In this document: positions 27,008 to 37,018 of the stretch, piece by piece | Layout: every line of letters starts with the position of its first letter | How positions within the stretch are numbered: the stretch's first letter is position 1 | Assembly (NCBI GenBank): GCA_963660905.1 | Contig: CAVKZJ010000005.1 | Coordinates: forward strand, 19,081-83,080 | DNA from: a bacterium | Lineage (GTDB): Bacteria; Bacillota_I; Bacilli_A; RFN20; CAG-288 | Direction of reading: 5' to 3' | Length of the DNA stretch: 64,000 nt | Position numbers and translations under genes: made by a program | Notes under the pieces: model-generated | Told to the model about the DNA's origin: nothing | Databases searched by the model: none | Seen by the model: the letters and a program-made list of their open reading frames with translations, nothing else

Positions 27008-28681
27008 ATGGCCACAAACAAAGAATTAGCAGATCTCATCTTCCCTGATGTCAAAGAGACAATCAAGGATTTGGAAAAACGTTATCCAAAAAGAAATCTT
27101 CCTGCGGATAGCTATGTTACCCGCTTTGCCCCCTCTCCGACCGGTTTCCTCCATACGGGAAGTCTTTTCACGGCCTTGATTGCCTACCGCTTTGCCAAGC
27201 AGTCAAATGGTGTGTACTATTTCCGATTGGAAGATACTGATCAGAAGAGAGAGATTGAAGGAACCGGCCTCGACTTGGTCAAGCAGCTTGGCAATTTCGG
27301 CATCCATTCGGATGAAGGCTACTATGGCGATCACGAGGAAGGCCTTTATGCTCCTTATGTTCAGTCGAAGAGAGCCGATATCTACAAAGTCGTCATTAAG
27401 GAATTGTTAAAAAAAGGAAGAGCCTATCCGGATTTCTGCTCCAAGGAAGAACTTGATCAGATTCGTGAAGTCCAACAGGCCAACAAGGTCGTTCCCGGCT
27501 ATTATGGCGAATATGCCAAATATCGTTCCCTATCCAATGATGAATATATTGCCCTCATCAAGGAAGGAAAGCCGTATGTCATCCGTTTCAAATCAAAAGG
27601 CAACGCCAACAACCACATCAAGGCACATGATGAAATCCGTGGCGATATGGAACTGACCGAGAACTATCAGGATATCGTCATCTACAAGTCTGATGGTCTT
27701 CCGACCTATCATTTTGCCCACTTGGTCGACGACCATTTCATGGGCACGACTCTCGTCACCCGTGGCGAAGAATGGATTTCCTCGCTTCCAATCCATCTCG
27801 AATTGTTCCAGACGATGGGATGGGAAGCTCCGAAATATGCCCACCTTCCCGTCATCATGGTCAACGACAAGGAAACCGGAAACAAGAGAAAACTCTCCAA
27901 GAGAAAGGATCCGGAAGCCGCTGTCAGTTTCTTCTTGAAGGAAGGCTATCCAAAGGATGGCGTCATCCGCTATCTATTGACGATTGCCAATTCCAACTTC
28001 GAAGCCTGGATGATGGAAAACCCAAAGGCTCCCGTGGATGATTTCAAGCTCACCTTCGATAAGTTCTCCCTCGATGGCGCCCTCTTCGATATGCCGAAGC
28101 TCAATAACATCTCCAAGGAACTTCTTGCCATCATGGACAAGAAGACATTCACCGATGAATGCTATGAATGGGCAAAAGAATACCAGGTCGAACTCAAAGA
28201 CAAGATCGAAAGCGATAGAGACTATTTCGAATCCATCATCAACATCGAAAGAGAACAGGAAAAGCCAAGAAAAGATTATGAGAAATTCTCTCAGGTTCTC
28301 GACAAGATCAAGTTCTTCTATAAGGAAGACTATGATGAGATCGTCAAGAACAGTCCTCTTCCGTTCAATGAATTCATCTCCCATGATGTCATCAAGGCTG
28401 TCTTGGATGATTTCATCTTATCCTGGAATCTCTCCGCTCAGGATGAGAATACCTGGTTCAATGAGATGAAGGTCTTGGGAACAAGACACAATTTCTGTGA
28501 AGACAGAAAAGTCTACAAGAAGAATCCGACCGCATACAACGGCTGGTATGCAGATTGCATCTCCATCGTTCGCATCGCCGTCTGTGCTTCGACACAGTCC
28601 CCGAAGCTCTTCGATGTCCTCCGCCTTTTAGGCAAGGAAGAAGTCGAAAGACGTATCGAAGAAGTCAAAGCCGTCTTATAA
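27008..28681 (+). CDS. gltX: Glutamate--tRNA ligase (long form, 557 aa).
   Basis: It has RFAPSPTGFLHTGS (HIGH-type) and KLSKRK (KMSKS-type). The SD is AAGGAG. Confidence 0.85.
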   Translation: MATNKELADLIFPDVKETIKDLEKRYPKRNLPADSYVTRFAPSPTGFLHTGSLFTALIAYRFAKQSNGVYYFRLEDTDQKREIEGTGLDLVKQLGNFGIHSDEGYYGDHEEGLYAPYVQSKRADIYKVVIKELLKKGRAYPDFCSKEELDQIREVQQANKVVPGYYGEYAKYRSLSNDEYIALIKEGKPYVIRFKSKGNANNHIKAHDEIRGDMELTENYQDIVIYKSDGLPTYHFAHLVDDHFMGTTLVTRGEEWISSLPIHLELFQTMGWEAPKYAHLPVIMVNDKETGNKRKLSKRKDPEAAVSFFLKEGYPKDGVIRYLLTIANSNFEAWMMENPKAPVDDFKLTFDKFSLDGALFDMPKLNNISKELLAIMDKKTFTDECYEWAKEYQVELKDKIESDRDYFESIINIEREQEKPRKDYEKFSQVLDKIKFFYKEDYDEIVKNSPLPFNEFISHDVIKAVLDDFILSWNLSAQDENTWFNEMKVLGTRHNFCEDRKVYKKNPTAYNGWYADCISIVRIAVCASTQSPKLFDVLRLLGKEEVERRIEEVKAVL

Positions 28682-28687
28682 ATTTTC

Positions 28688-30310
28688 ATGCAGCAAAGAA
28701 CCATTCAGAGGACGAAAGGAAAAAACATCAAAGCCATCTTGGAAATCCTTTTCTTTTCTTCCCTGATGGTTTTTGCGTTGCTCTATATTCTCAAGGATGA
28801 TCCAGCGACAACTTTCCGTCTGATTTCAGGTGCGAATTTCTTTCCGCTGGCGTTGGCGATATTCCTTCTTCTTTCCTCAACCCTTCTCGACGGATTGAAC
28901 ATCACTCTCCTAGCCAGACTCTACAATGGCCGATATCACTACTATCAAGGTGTCATCAATGTCCTCATCGGGCAGGTCATGGGTGTCTTTGTCAAATCAG
29001 CGGCAAGCATCCCACAGGCCATCACCTTCACCCGGCAGGACATCCGGTCTCCCCAGGCGGCGAGCATCCTGACCATGAATTATCTCATCTATCAGTTCTC
29101 CCTGCTTCTTTATTCTCTTGTCATGGTTCTGTTTGGATATCCCTACATCAAGGAAATTCCAATCGATGTCATTGGCGGACTTCCGCTCTATATCGTCTGC
29201 ATCTTCGCCTTATTCGTACAGTTTCTTACCTTGATGATGATTCTTCTTTTGGGCTTCACAAAAAGTTTCCATCGACTCATTCTCTTCAAGGGCATCAATT
29301 TCCTTTCCAAAATGCATCTTCTGAGAAACAAAGAAGCCACAAGAAGAAAATTGACCCTCCAATTTGCTACCTATCGAATCGAAATGAAGAGACTTTTCCA
29401 GCATAAGTTCCTTGTTCTCTTCCTTGTTCTCTCCAACTTAGGGAAACTCTTCCTTTTGGGCATGATTCCTTTTGTCATCTTCAATTCACTGGATGTCCAT
29501 ACGCTTCTTTTCTTTCCTTCTTTATTCACCACAGGCATTGTCAACACCATCTCCTCCCTAATCAGCGTGGGTGTTCCCGAGGTTCTTTTCCAGTCCTCTT
29601 TCCGCTATTATCTTTCCTCCATGGAAAACGCATCCTCCCTCGCCAGTGCCGCCAACCTTCTCTGGCGAAGCGTCACCTTCTATCTTTCCTTCTTCATGGG
29701 GCTGCTCACTTTTCTTTTCTATCGCGGTGCTCCGAAAAAGGAACAGCTTCTCATGAACACATCCACAATCTATGATTTTGAGCTTTCCAATCTTTTGGAA
29801 GCCGATGACAAGACAAAATCCTTCCTCGAGGGCATTCCTCTTCAGAAAGAGACGACGCACGCTCCCCTTCTTTCCGAACAGCAGGTCGAGAGGTCTTTCA
29901 GAAAACTCCAGAAAAGAATGATCCATGCCAAGAAGGACCAGGAGGAGATCCCTGATGAGGATCTTGTCGAGATTCTCGAAAAGCAGAGAATGAGCCTTGC
30001 CAAAATCGAAAAAGAAGTCTCGATGGTCATCAACCAGGCCAAGCCGGATAAGGAAATTCAGAAAGAGGCGGAAAAGGATCTTTCCCATATCCATCATGCC
30101 GAAAAGAAAAGAGAAGAGAGAAAAAAGAGAAGACTTGAGAAAAAAGGCATGAAAAACAAGGCCAAGCTCTTGAAGTTGCAGCCGAAAGGAACAACTATTA
30201 AGGAAGGAGAAGATGGCGAGATTGTTTTCACATTCCAAGAGGAAATCGTGGAATATTCTTCCCTTCCCAGTCAGGAGCCGGAAACACATGAAGAAAAAAT
30301 ACATCGTTGA
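28688..30310 (+). CDS. UPF0104/lysyl-PG-synthase-TM-like (flippase-like) membrane protein with a charged C-terminal tail of about 190 aa.
   Basis: It has about 8 predicted TM segments, then a K/E-rich tail (...EKKREERKKRRLEKKGMKNKAK...). The family call comes from overall pattern only. Confidence 0.45.
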   Translation: MQQRTIQRTKGKNIKAILEILFFSSLMVFALLYILKDDPATTFRLISGANFFPLALAIFLLLSSTLLDGLNITLLARLYNGRYHYYQGVINVLIGQVMGVFVKSAASIPQAITFTRQDIRSPQAASILTMNYLIYQFSLLLYSLVMVLFGYPYIKEIPIDVIGGLPLYIVCIFALFVQFLTLMMILLLGFTKSFHRLILFKGINFLSKMHLLRNKEATRRKLTLQFATYRIEMKRLFQHKFLVLFLVLSNLGKLFLLGMIPFVIFNSLDVHTLLFFPSLFTTGIVNTISSLISVGVPEVLFQSSFRYYLSSMENASSLASAANLLWRSVTFYLSFFMGLLTFLFYRGAPKKEQLLMNTSTIYDFELSNLLEADDKTKSFLEGIPLQKETTHAPLLSEQQVERSFRKLQKRMIHAKKDQEEIPDEDLVEILEKQRMSLAKIEKEVSMVINQAKPDKEIQKEAEKDLSHIHHAEKKREERKKRRLEKKGMKNKAKLLKLQPKGTTIKEGEDGEIVFTFQEEIVEYSSLPSQEPETHEEKIHR

Positions 30311-31106
30311 GGACGTCTGCCAGAAAAAAACCGGCGTTCTTCTTTCTATCCAGGGAGATGAATATTTACTCAGCACGGATGATTATCTCGAAGGCCTTTA
30401 CTATCCCGGAAAAGAACTCTCTCTGGAAGATATGAAAACTCTAAAGAAGAATTCCCGTCAGAAGAAAGCCAAAGACTATCTTCTCCGTCTTTTATCGGAA
30501 AGAAGATATACCCGATCCGAACTAAAGATAAAGCTCGAAAAGAAATATATGCTATCCGAAATAGAGGCCGATGAGATTCTATCGCCCTACATCGAAAATC
30601 ATCTCATCGACGATGAAGCCTATATGAAGGATTACCTAGAGACGAAAATCGAACAAGGCTATGGGAGAAACTATCTTCTTGCCCAGCTGCAGAAAAAAGG
30701 GATCAGTCCGACGCTTCTCTCCTCCATTCCAAAGGAACTTCAAGACCAAGACGAGATTCTTTTCTCGCTGATCGAGAAAATGAACAGAACACAATCCTCC
30801 ATGACGCAAGAGAAAAAGAAGGAATCCATTTTCTTGGCGCTTCTCAGAAGAGGATTCTCTTCCTCACAGGCAAAAAAAGCCATTGAGGAATTCTATTCCA
30901 CCATCGATAAAGAAGAGATAGAAGAAGAGAAAAAAAAGAGAAAGGTTCTCTTAAAAAAGGAAGCGGAAAAATGCTATAATTTTCTTCGTGCAAAAAAAGA
31001 CGCAACACAAGCCAAGAAAAAGGATGCATTTATAAGAAAACTGCTCCAAAAAGGTTTTCATTATGATGAAATCGAAGCAATCATGAAGGAGTACACATTT
31101 ATATGA
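30288..31106 (+). CDS. recX: RecX-like regulatory protein.
   Basis: It shows a repeated three-helix pattern: AKDYLLRLLSERRYTRSELKIKLEKK...IDDEAYMKDYLE...GYGRNYLLAQLQKKGIS. ATG 30288 overlaps the upstream gene by 23 nt. Confidence 0.65.
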   Translation: MKKKYIVEDVCQKKTGVLLSIQGDEYLLSTDDYLEGLYYPGKELSLEDMKTLKKNSRQKKAKDYLLRLLSERRYTRSELKIKLEKKYMLSEIEADEILSPYIENHLIDDEAYMKDYLETKIEQGYGRNYLLAQLQKKGISPTLLSSIPKELQDQDEILFSLIEKMNRTQSSMTQEKKKESIFLALLRRGFSSSQAKKAIEEFYSTIDKEEIEEEKKKRKVLLKKEAEKCYNFLRAKKDATQAKKKDAFIRKLLQKGFHYDEIEAIMKEYTFI

Positions 31107-32038
31107 TTAAGGATTTTGCAGGAAAAGAAGGAAACGTCAACGAAATCTTCATGGTCAAACAGGTGACCGAGGCCGTCTCCAACAACGGAAATCACTACCT
31201 TGCTCTGACTTTGCAGGATTCCTCCGGTACCATCGATGCCAAAAAATGGGCGATTGAAGCCGGTGATTTGGAAATCGCATCCGCAGGAAGCCTCATCCGT
31301 GTCAACGGCATGGCCAGCCTCTATCGCGGGCATCCCCAGCTGAAGATCAATGAGATGGATAGCGTCGATTCTTCCGAAGTGGATATGTCGAAATACGTTC
31401 CCGTTGCCCCTGTTCCGCTTCCGGAAATGAAAAAGACCCTGGAAGACTACATTTCCCAGATCAAGGACGTGGAATTGCATGACCTCACTTTGGCAATCAT
31501 CCAGGAATATTACGATAGCTATACAACCTATCCAGCCGCTGTCACCGTCCATCACGCCTATCGAAGCGGTCTGCTCTTCCATTCATTGAGCATCTGCCAT
31601 ATGGCTTTGGAAGTCCAGAAGCAGTATTCCTATCTGAGCAAGGACTATCTCATTGCCGGTTCCCTGCTTCATGATATCGGCAAAATAAAGGAGCTTTCCG
31701 GAGAGAATACACCCACCTATTCCGCAGAAGGCAATTTATTGGGACATATCTCCATGGGCGCCATGATTGTCTACGAAGAAGGAAAGAAAAGAAAGGTGAC
31801 CCAGGAGAAGCTCGATGTCCTCGTTCATATGATCCTCGCCCATCATGGCGAATTCGAATTCGGATCCCCGAAGCTTCCGGCCACTGCCGAAGCCTATGTT
31901 CTCCACGCTTTGGATGATCTGGACGCGAAGATGGAATGCCTGAAATCATCCTATGAAAAGACGATGGAAGGCGAATTCACTCCGAAAATCGTCTGGATGC
32001 AGAATATTTCATTCTATAAGCCGAAAAAATTAGACTGA
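31103..32038 (+). CDS. yhaM: 3'-5' exoribonuclease YhaM (OB fold plus HD domain).
   Basis: The N-terminal OB region is NGNHYLALTLQDSSGTIDAKKW. The HD region has HHAY...LLHDIGK...HHGE. It overlaps recX in ATGA. Confidence 0.85.
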   Translation: MIKDFAGKEGNVNEIFMVKQVTEAVSNNGNHYLALTLQDSSGTIDAKKWAIEAGDLEIASAGSLIRVNGMASLYRGHPQLKINEMDSVDSSEVDMSKYVPVAPVPLPEMKKTLEDYISQIKDVELHDLTLAIIQEYYDSYTTYPAAVTVHHAYRSGLLFHSLSICHMALEVQKQYSYLSKDYLIAGSLLHDIGKIKELSGENTPTYSAEGNLLGHISMGAMIVYEEGKKRKVTQEKLDVLVHMILAHHGEFEFGSPKLPATAEAYVLHALDDLDAKMECLKSSYEKTMEGEFTPKIVWMQNISFYKPKKLD

Positions 32039-32105
32039 TTTCACTTGTATATTTGCCATTTTATGGTAATTTATATTCATTATTTTTACTCTATGGAGGT
32101 TTGGT

Positions 32106-32933
32106 ATGGCTGAAACAAACAATAACAACAACGAAGAGCTGCTCAACATGATCGGAGATATGAGTTTTCTGCCAAAGGAAGCAAAAGACGAAAATTTAGG
32201 TAGAAGTTTTCTAAAATTATCAAAAAATGAGAAACTTTTCCGCTTGATTTTCCTTTCCGCCTTGGGAGCGAGTTTCATCGCCTATTTGGTTTGCCTTTTC
32301 TATTTCGGTTCCCAGGGATATTACTTCCTGACCAGCGTCAAGGGTTCCTATGGTCCTTTAGGTTTAATTGTAACCGCTATCTTCACAGTCATTTTCTTCC
32401 TCGCAGTCGCGTTCGGACATTTCTATGACTGCAAATGGTCGGATGATGAAGAGAAGAGAGAAAAGTTCAAGCCTTACAGCGCTGTCCTGCTCTATATCAG
32501 CTTCCTTCTTCTTTATGCCACCTTCATGACCACTGTCTTAAGAAGCTTCGTCTTCCAGAAGAATTTCTCTTCCTATGGCTGGTTCTTGAAGAATCTTGGA
32601 TGGATCACCTACGCCCTCATCGCAATTGCCGGCATCGGCGGCATCGTCCTGAACTTCCTTAAGCCAAAGACAGCCAAAGTCTACAACTATGTCGTCTTGG
32701 CCCTGTCTGGATGGATTGTCATCTTCTTCACCGCCCTTCTTGAGAAAAGTTATTCCATGTCTTCCCGCTATGGCATCATGCTCTTCATCTTCGGAGCCAT
32801 CTTCATGGATCTGAGCCTGATTCCTCTTCTTTTCCAGAAGAAGAACCACGGAATGAGAAGCGCCTTCTATGTCATCTTGTCCATTGGCGTCATCTTCGAC
32901 CTTCTTTCCATCGTCATCTACGGATTGATTTAA
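32106..32933 (+). CDS. Hypothetical polytopic membrane protein (about 6 TM).
   Basis: It has hydrophobic segments throughout and an Asn-rich N-terminus. No motif was recognised. Confidence 0.6.
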   Translation: MAETNNNNNEELLNMIGDMSFLPKEAKDENLGRSFLKLSKNEKLFRLIFLSALGASFIAYLVCLFYFGSQGYYFLTSVKGSYGPLGLIVTAIFTVIFFLAVAFGHFYDCKWSDDEEKREKFKPYSAVLLYISFLLLYATFMTTVLRSFVFQKNFSSYGWFLKNLGWITYALIAIAGIGGIVLNFLKPKTAKVYNYVVLALSGWIVIFFTALLEKSYSMSSRYGIMLFIFGAIFMDLSLIPLLFQKKNHGMRSAFYVILSIGVIFDLLSIVIYGLI

Positions 32934-32943
32934 GTCATTCCAG

Positions 32944-32967
32944 GGGCCAATTCCAATGGCCCTTTTT
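32944..32967 (+). terminator. Intrinsic terminator.
   Basis: GGGCCA, a 7-nt loop, then TGGCCC followed by TTTTT. Confidence 0.6.
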
Positions 32968-33074
32968 CTATGGAAAGAAAATGCCTGAAACGGGTGAAAT
33001 CTAATTTATTTACCTGTTTCACTTTGTTATAATTTTACTAATGCGAAAAATCGCAGGATTTAAGGAGCTTTACC

Positions 33075-34508
33075 ATGGAAGAAAACAAGAATGTCAGTGA
33101 AACACTGAACAACGAAAATACTGCCGAAGAAGCAAAAGAAGATGTCCCAATGAAGGACAACGAACCCAAAGAAGTCAATCCGAGCGATGAATTCGAACTT
33201 TTGAAAGCCAAGATGAGCCAGGAAGAGACCGCAGAGCTCAAGGAAGAAGAACCCGCCTCTCCTGCTTCGGATGAGGAAAAGAAGGAAGAAGTCAAATTGG
33301 ATGATGTCTCTGGAACATATACCCCACAGGAACAGGCTGTCAACAACGCCTATTTCAATCCGATTCGCTATTTCCATGACGGTTCTTTTACCATCGATCA
33401 GGAAATGGAAGACGGAAGAAAGAAATTCGCCAAGAAAATCTCCAAATCCAAAATCATCGACTTCGTCAGCGTCGGCTTGATGGTCGTGGCCTTTGCCGGT
33501 GTCCTTTTGGTGACTTTCCTCAACAAGAGCGAAGAAACCAAGTGGGTGACATGGCTAGTCCTAGGCATCGCACTTGCCATCATCGTATTTTCTTTTGTCC
33601 TCACCTCCGTCTTCAACAAAAAGAATTCGAAAATCACCAAGGAATATCTCAACGAATATGAAGACCGACTCAATGGATATGTCTTATCCGACCTGAAGGT
33701 CGTCAATCCGACCCTCTGCGTCGATGCCAAGATCAATGACCAGGATGTCATCCAGGCTCACTATTTCCACACCATCAACTCCATCCAGTCCCGTGCCATC
33801 GTCGAAGGAAAGAGAAATGGCCGTCATTTCTCGCTTGGCGAGGTGGCCGTCGTCATCCCTCCTGTTTCCATCCAGAAAGCCAATCAGAAGCCCGAGGATC
33901 TCGTCAACCTCGATGGATCGACCTATGTTCCAGAAGCTCTGGAACAGACTTCCACCGGAACCGAGGAAATCGCTTCGAAGGATATGACTCTCATCGACTG
34001 CGAAATCGCCAATCCGAAGGAAATGAAGAAGAGACAGAAGGATATGGAAAAGGCGAACCAGAACAAGCAGACCGAAACAGCGACTGGCCTCTTTGGAAAA
34101 TTCTATTCCTACGATATGTCCGTCCATAGCGAAGAATCCTTCATCATCTGCTTCATGGGAAATAGCGATGTCACGCTCCTCCCGAGCAATCTGACCGGAT
34201 TCAAGGCCGTCAAGGTCCCTTCCCTGAGAGGAAACATCGTCGTCTATGCGATCGATCCTGTTCTCGCAAGCAAATTCTTTGACGAAGAAGGCGTCAAGAT
34301 GCTCAACAGCATCACGCCAAATGAATTTGTCCAGTCTCTGTTCATCAGTGTCAACTCCTATGGAAGCAAAGTCGGCATGAACCTCTCTGACGATATCATG
34401 CAGCTTCCGGTCAAGCCTTTCCAGCACCTGGGAGCCTATGATGCCTACAAGAAGGCGACAGACGCCTGCTTCAGCTTCATCGACTTCGTGGAAAGCAAAA
34501 AAGCATAA
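33075..34508 (+). CDS. DUF3137-like membrane protein with an acidic disordered N-terminus.
   Basis: An E/K-rich N-terminus of about 95 aa is followed by two TM helices, then KEYLNEYEDRLNGYVL...SRAIVEGKRNGRHFSLGEVAVV. This fits the DUF3137 pattern as I recall it. An extended -10 (TGTTATAAT, 33025..33033) lies upstream. Confidence 0.45.
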   Translation: MEENKNVSETLNNENTAEEAKEDVPMKDNEPKEVNPSDEFELLKAKMSQEETAELKEEEPASPASDEEKKEEVKLDDVSGTYTPQEQAVNNAYFNPIRYFHDGSFTIDQEMEDGRKKFAKKISKSKIIDFVSVGLMVVAFAGVLLVTFLNKSEETKWVTWLVLGIALAIIVFSFVLTSVFNKKNSKITKEYLNEYEDRLNGYVLSDLKVVNPTLCVDAKINDQDVIQAHYFHTINSIQSRAIVEGKRNGRHFSLGEVAVVIPPVSIQKANQKPEDLVNLDGSTYVPEALEQTSTGTEEIASKDMTLIDCEIANPKEMKKRQKDMEKANQNKQTETATGLFGKFYSYDMSVHSEESFIICFMGNSDVTLLPSNLTGFKAVKVPSLRGNIVVYAIDPVLASKFFDEEGVKMLNSITPNEFVQSLFISVNSYGSKVGMNLSDDIMQLPVKPFQHLGAYDAYKKATDACFSFIDFVESKKA

Positions 34509-34511
34509 AAT

Positions 34512-34955
34512 ATGAAAAAAACGGAATACATCTCCTCCTCTTTGGAAGAAACAAGAAAGATAGCCTCTGATCTAGCCATGACATTCCATGGCGGAGAAGT
34601 CATCAAGGCCATCGGCGAGATGGGCTGTGGAAAAACAGCCTTCTGCCAGGGAATCGGAAAAGCCCTCGGCGTCAAGGGAATCATCAATTCCCCGACCTTC
34701 AATCTGATCAAGGTCTACAAGGGAACGGATTTGACACTCTACCACGTCGACTGCTACCGATTGGAAAATGCCGATGAGGAAAGAAAGGATCTTTCCTTGG
34801 ACGAAGTGATGGGCGAAGAAGACATCATCACGTATATCGAATGGCCGATGTATGGCTCCTCGAGTGTGCTGAATTATCATCCGATCATCCAGGTGAGTCT
34901 CTCCTACCTGGACGACGAAAAAAGAAAGATTGTGATTGAAGATGAAAGATTCTAA
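34512..34955 (+). CDS. tsaE: tRNA t6A37 biosynthesis ATPase TsaE.
   Basis: It has GEMGCGKTAFCQGI and SPTFNL. Confidence 0.88.
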   Translation: MKKTEYISSSLEETRKIASDLAMTFHGGEVIKAIGEMGCGKTAFCQGIGKALGVKGIINSPTFNLIKVYKGTDLTLYHVDCYRLENADEERKDLSLDEVMGEEDIITYIEWPMYGSSSVLNYHPIIQVSLSYLDDEKRKIVIEDERF

Positions 34956-35553
34956 AGAAATATCCCTTTTCATCGACTCTGCGACCAAAGCACTTGCCTT
35001 GGGCATGACAATCGGTGAAAAGGAAACCTACACCATCGATTTGGGAAATCCCAAGACTGCCTTGGAAAGACTGTCTTTGGGAATCAAGCTCCTTTTGGAG
35101 AAAGCCGATGTCACCTTGAAGGATGTCGATTGCTATTATGTCCTTCTCGGGCCCGGAAGCAATACCGGCATCCGCATGGGATTGACTATCCCGAGAACTC
35201 TTTTTGCCTTCAATGACAAACTGAAGCTTTTCGGCATAAAGACAATGGATCTCTTCTGCATGGAAAACCAATATGCCGCCTTGTCCGATCGAAGCGGAAA
35301 CCTCTTCTTTGCCACCAAAAAGGAAGACGGAAGCGTCACTTATGAAAGAATCGACAAGGATAAGATTTCACTTCTGGATGGAAAAGACCCGATTGCCATC
35401 GAAAAAGAAGACAAGATGGCCAAAGAAGAACTTGCCGGCCATGCTCTTCATGAAATCAATACAATCGACTTCGCCATCCGATACAAGACGAAATTCAAAG
35501 ATTTTTCCTCCGACGAGGAAAATTATCTTCCGGAGTATATCTTAAAAATATGA
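34942..35553 (+). CDS. tsaB: tRNA t6A37 biosynthesis protein TsaB.
   Basis: It has IDSATKAL...GPGSNTGIRMG. ATG 34942 overlaps tsaE by 14 nt. Confidence 0.8.
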   Translation: MKDSKEISLFIDSATKALALGMTIGEKETYTIDLGNPKTALERLSLGIKLLLEKADVTLKDVDCYYVLLGPGSNTGIRMGLTIPRTLFAFNDKLKLFGIKTMDLFCMENQYAALSDRSGNLFFATKKEDGSVTYERIDKDKISLLDGKDPIAIEKEDKMAKEELAGHALHEINTIDFAIRYKTKFKDFSSDEENYLPEYILKI

Positions 35554-35987
35554 TCATCAAAGAAGCAGAAGAGAAAGATCTTCCATCCCTATACGAAATC
35601 GGAAATCGAATCCATTCCTTCGATTCGAAGAAGGAACTGCCTTTTTATTTGGATGCGCCGGGATTTGATCTCTACGTCCTCGAAAACGACGAAAAAGAGA
35701 ACATTGCCTTCCTCTGCATCCGCTTTGAGGCCGAGACCGATTGTGAAATCGACTATCTTGCCATCCGCCAGGACCAGGAAGGAAAAGGCCTTGCTTCTTC
35801 CTTCTTGTCAGACGTGATCGCAGAATTATCGAAACAGGGAATCGAGAACATATTCCTTGAAGTGAGAAGCAAGAATACAAGAGCGATATCCCTTTATGAA
35901 AGGACCGGATTCATGCACTATCACACAAGAAAGAAATATTATCCGGACGATGATGCGCTCTGCTATAAGAAGGAGATTGAGAAATGA
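35550..35987 (+). CDS. rimI: Ribosomal-protein-alanine N-acetyltransferase (GNAT).
   Basis: It has a GNAT motif (RQDQEGKGLASSFL) and lies between tsaB and tsaD. It has ATGA overlaps on both sides. Confidence 0.75.
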   Translation: MIIKEAEEKDLPSLYEIGNRIHSFDSKKELPFYLDAPGFDLYVLENDEKENIAFLCIRFEAETDCEIDYLAIRQDQEGKGLASSFLSDVIAELSKQGIENIFLEVRSKNTRAISLYERTGFMHYHTRKKYYPDDDALCYKKEIEK

Positions 35988-37006
35988 AAGATGAAGTCAT
36001 TTTAGCAATTGAATCCTCTTGTGATGAAACCGCGATTGCCATTTTGAAAAATGGCAATGAACTTTTGGCAAACAGCGTCAATACGCAGATCGAAGACCAT
36101 AAAAGATTCGGTGGCGTCTATCCAGAACTCGCCTCCCGTCTCCATCTGAAGAATATCACCAAGGTTCTCTCCTATGCTCTCTCCCTGAAGGGTTTCGATA
36201 TTTCTTCGATTACCCATGTTGCCGTCACCGGAGGCCCTGGATTGCCCGGTGCCCTTCAGATCGGCGTCATGGCGGCCAAGACGATTGCCGAATATCTGAA
36301 TGTTCCGCTTGTCAGCGTCCACCATCTCGCTGGGCACATCTATGCCAACGAATATGTGACGGATTTCCACTATCCTCTGATCGCTCTGATTGCCAGCGGA
36401 GGAAATTCCGAAATCGTCTATATGCCTTCGCCCATGAAGTTCAACATCATCGGCGAAACCGAGGACGATGCCATCGGTGAAGCATTCGACAAGGTGGCAA
36501 GGGAACTTGGCCTTCCTTATCCCGGAGGCGTCAATCTCGATAAGATTTCAAGAGAAGAAGGCATCAAGACCTTCCCTCTTCCCAAGCCGAAGGTGAGCGG
36601 ATATAACCTCTCCTACTCCGGATTGAAGTCCCATCTTGTCCGAATGATTCAGAAGGAAAAAAGAGACGAGAATGGCAATATCCCGCTCGATGTCGTCAAG
36701 TCCTATTGCCGAAGCACCGAGGAAGCATTTGTCAATCAACTGCTTGAGAAGCTGCATATGGCCTGCGTAGACTATCATGTCTCCCAGGTTGTGGTCGGAG
36801 GAGGCGTCTCTGCCAATTCCTACCTGAGAAGCCATATCAAGGAAGTCTTCGCCGGCGAGAAGATCGAAGTCATGATTCCACCTCTCTGGTGCACAACAGA
36901 CAACGCGGCCATGATTGCCAAGGCTGCCCATCATATGATTGAATTAGGAAATTACGCCCCTTTGAGCATGACGAGCATGCCCAATCGAAACCTTGAAGAA
37001 GAATAG
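35984..37006 (+). CDS. tsaD: tRNA N6-adenosine threonylcarbamoyltransferase TsaD.
   Basis: It has ILAIESSCDETAIAI, HHLAGH and GGVSAN. Confidence 0.92.
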   Translation: MKDEVILAIESSCDETAIAILKNGNELLANSVNTQIEDHKRFGGVYPELASRLHLKNITKVLSYALSLKGFDISSITHVAVTGGPGLPGALQIGVMAAKTIAEYLNVPLVSVHHLAGHIYANEYVTDFHYPLIALIASGGNSEIVYMPSPMKFNIIGETEDDAIGEAFDKVARELGLPYPGGVNLDKISREEGIKTFPLPKPKVSGYNLSYSGLKSHLVRMIQKEKRDENGNIPLDVVKSYCRSTEEAFVNQLLEKLHMACVDYHVSQVVVGGGVSANSYLRSHIKEVFAGEKIEVMIPPLWCTTDNAAMIAKAAHHMIELGNYAPLSMTSMPNRNLEEE

Positions 37007-37018
37007 GAGAATCAGATT

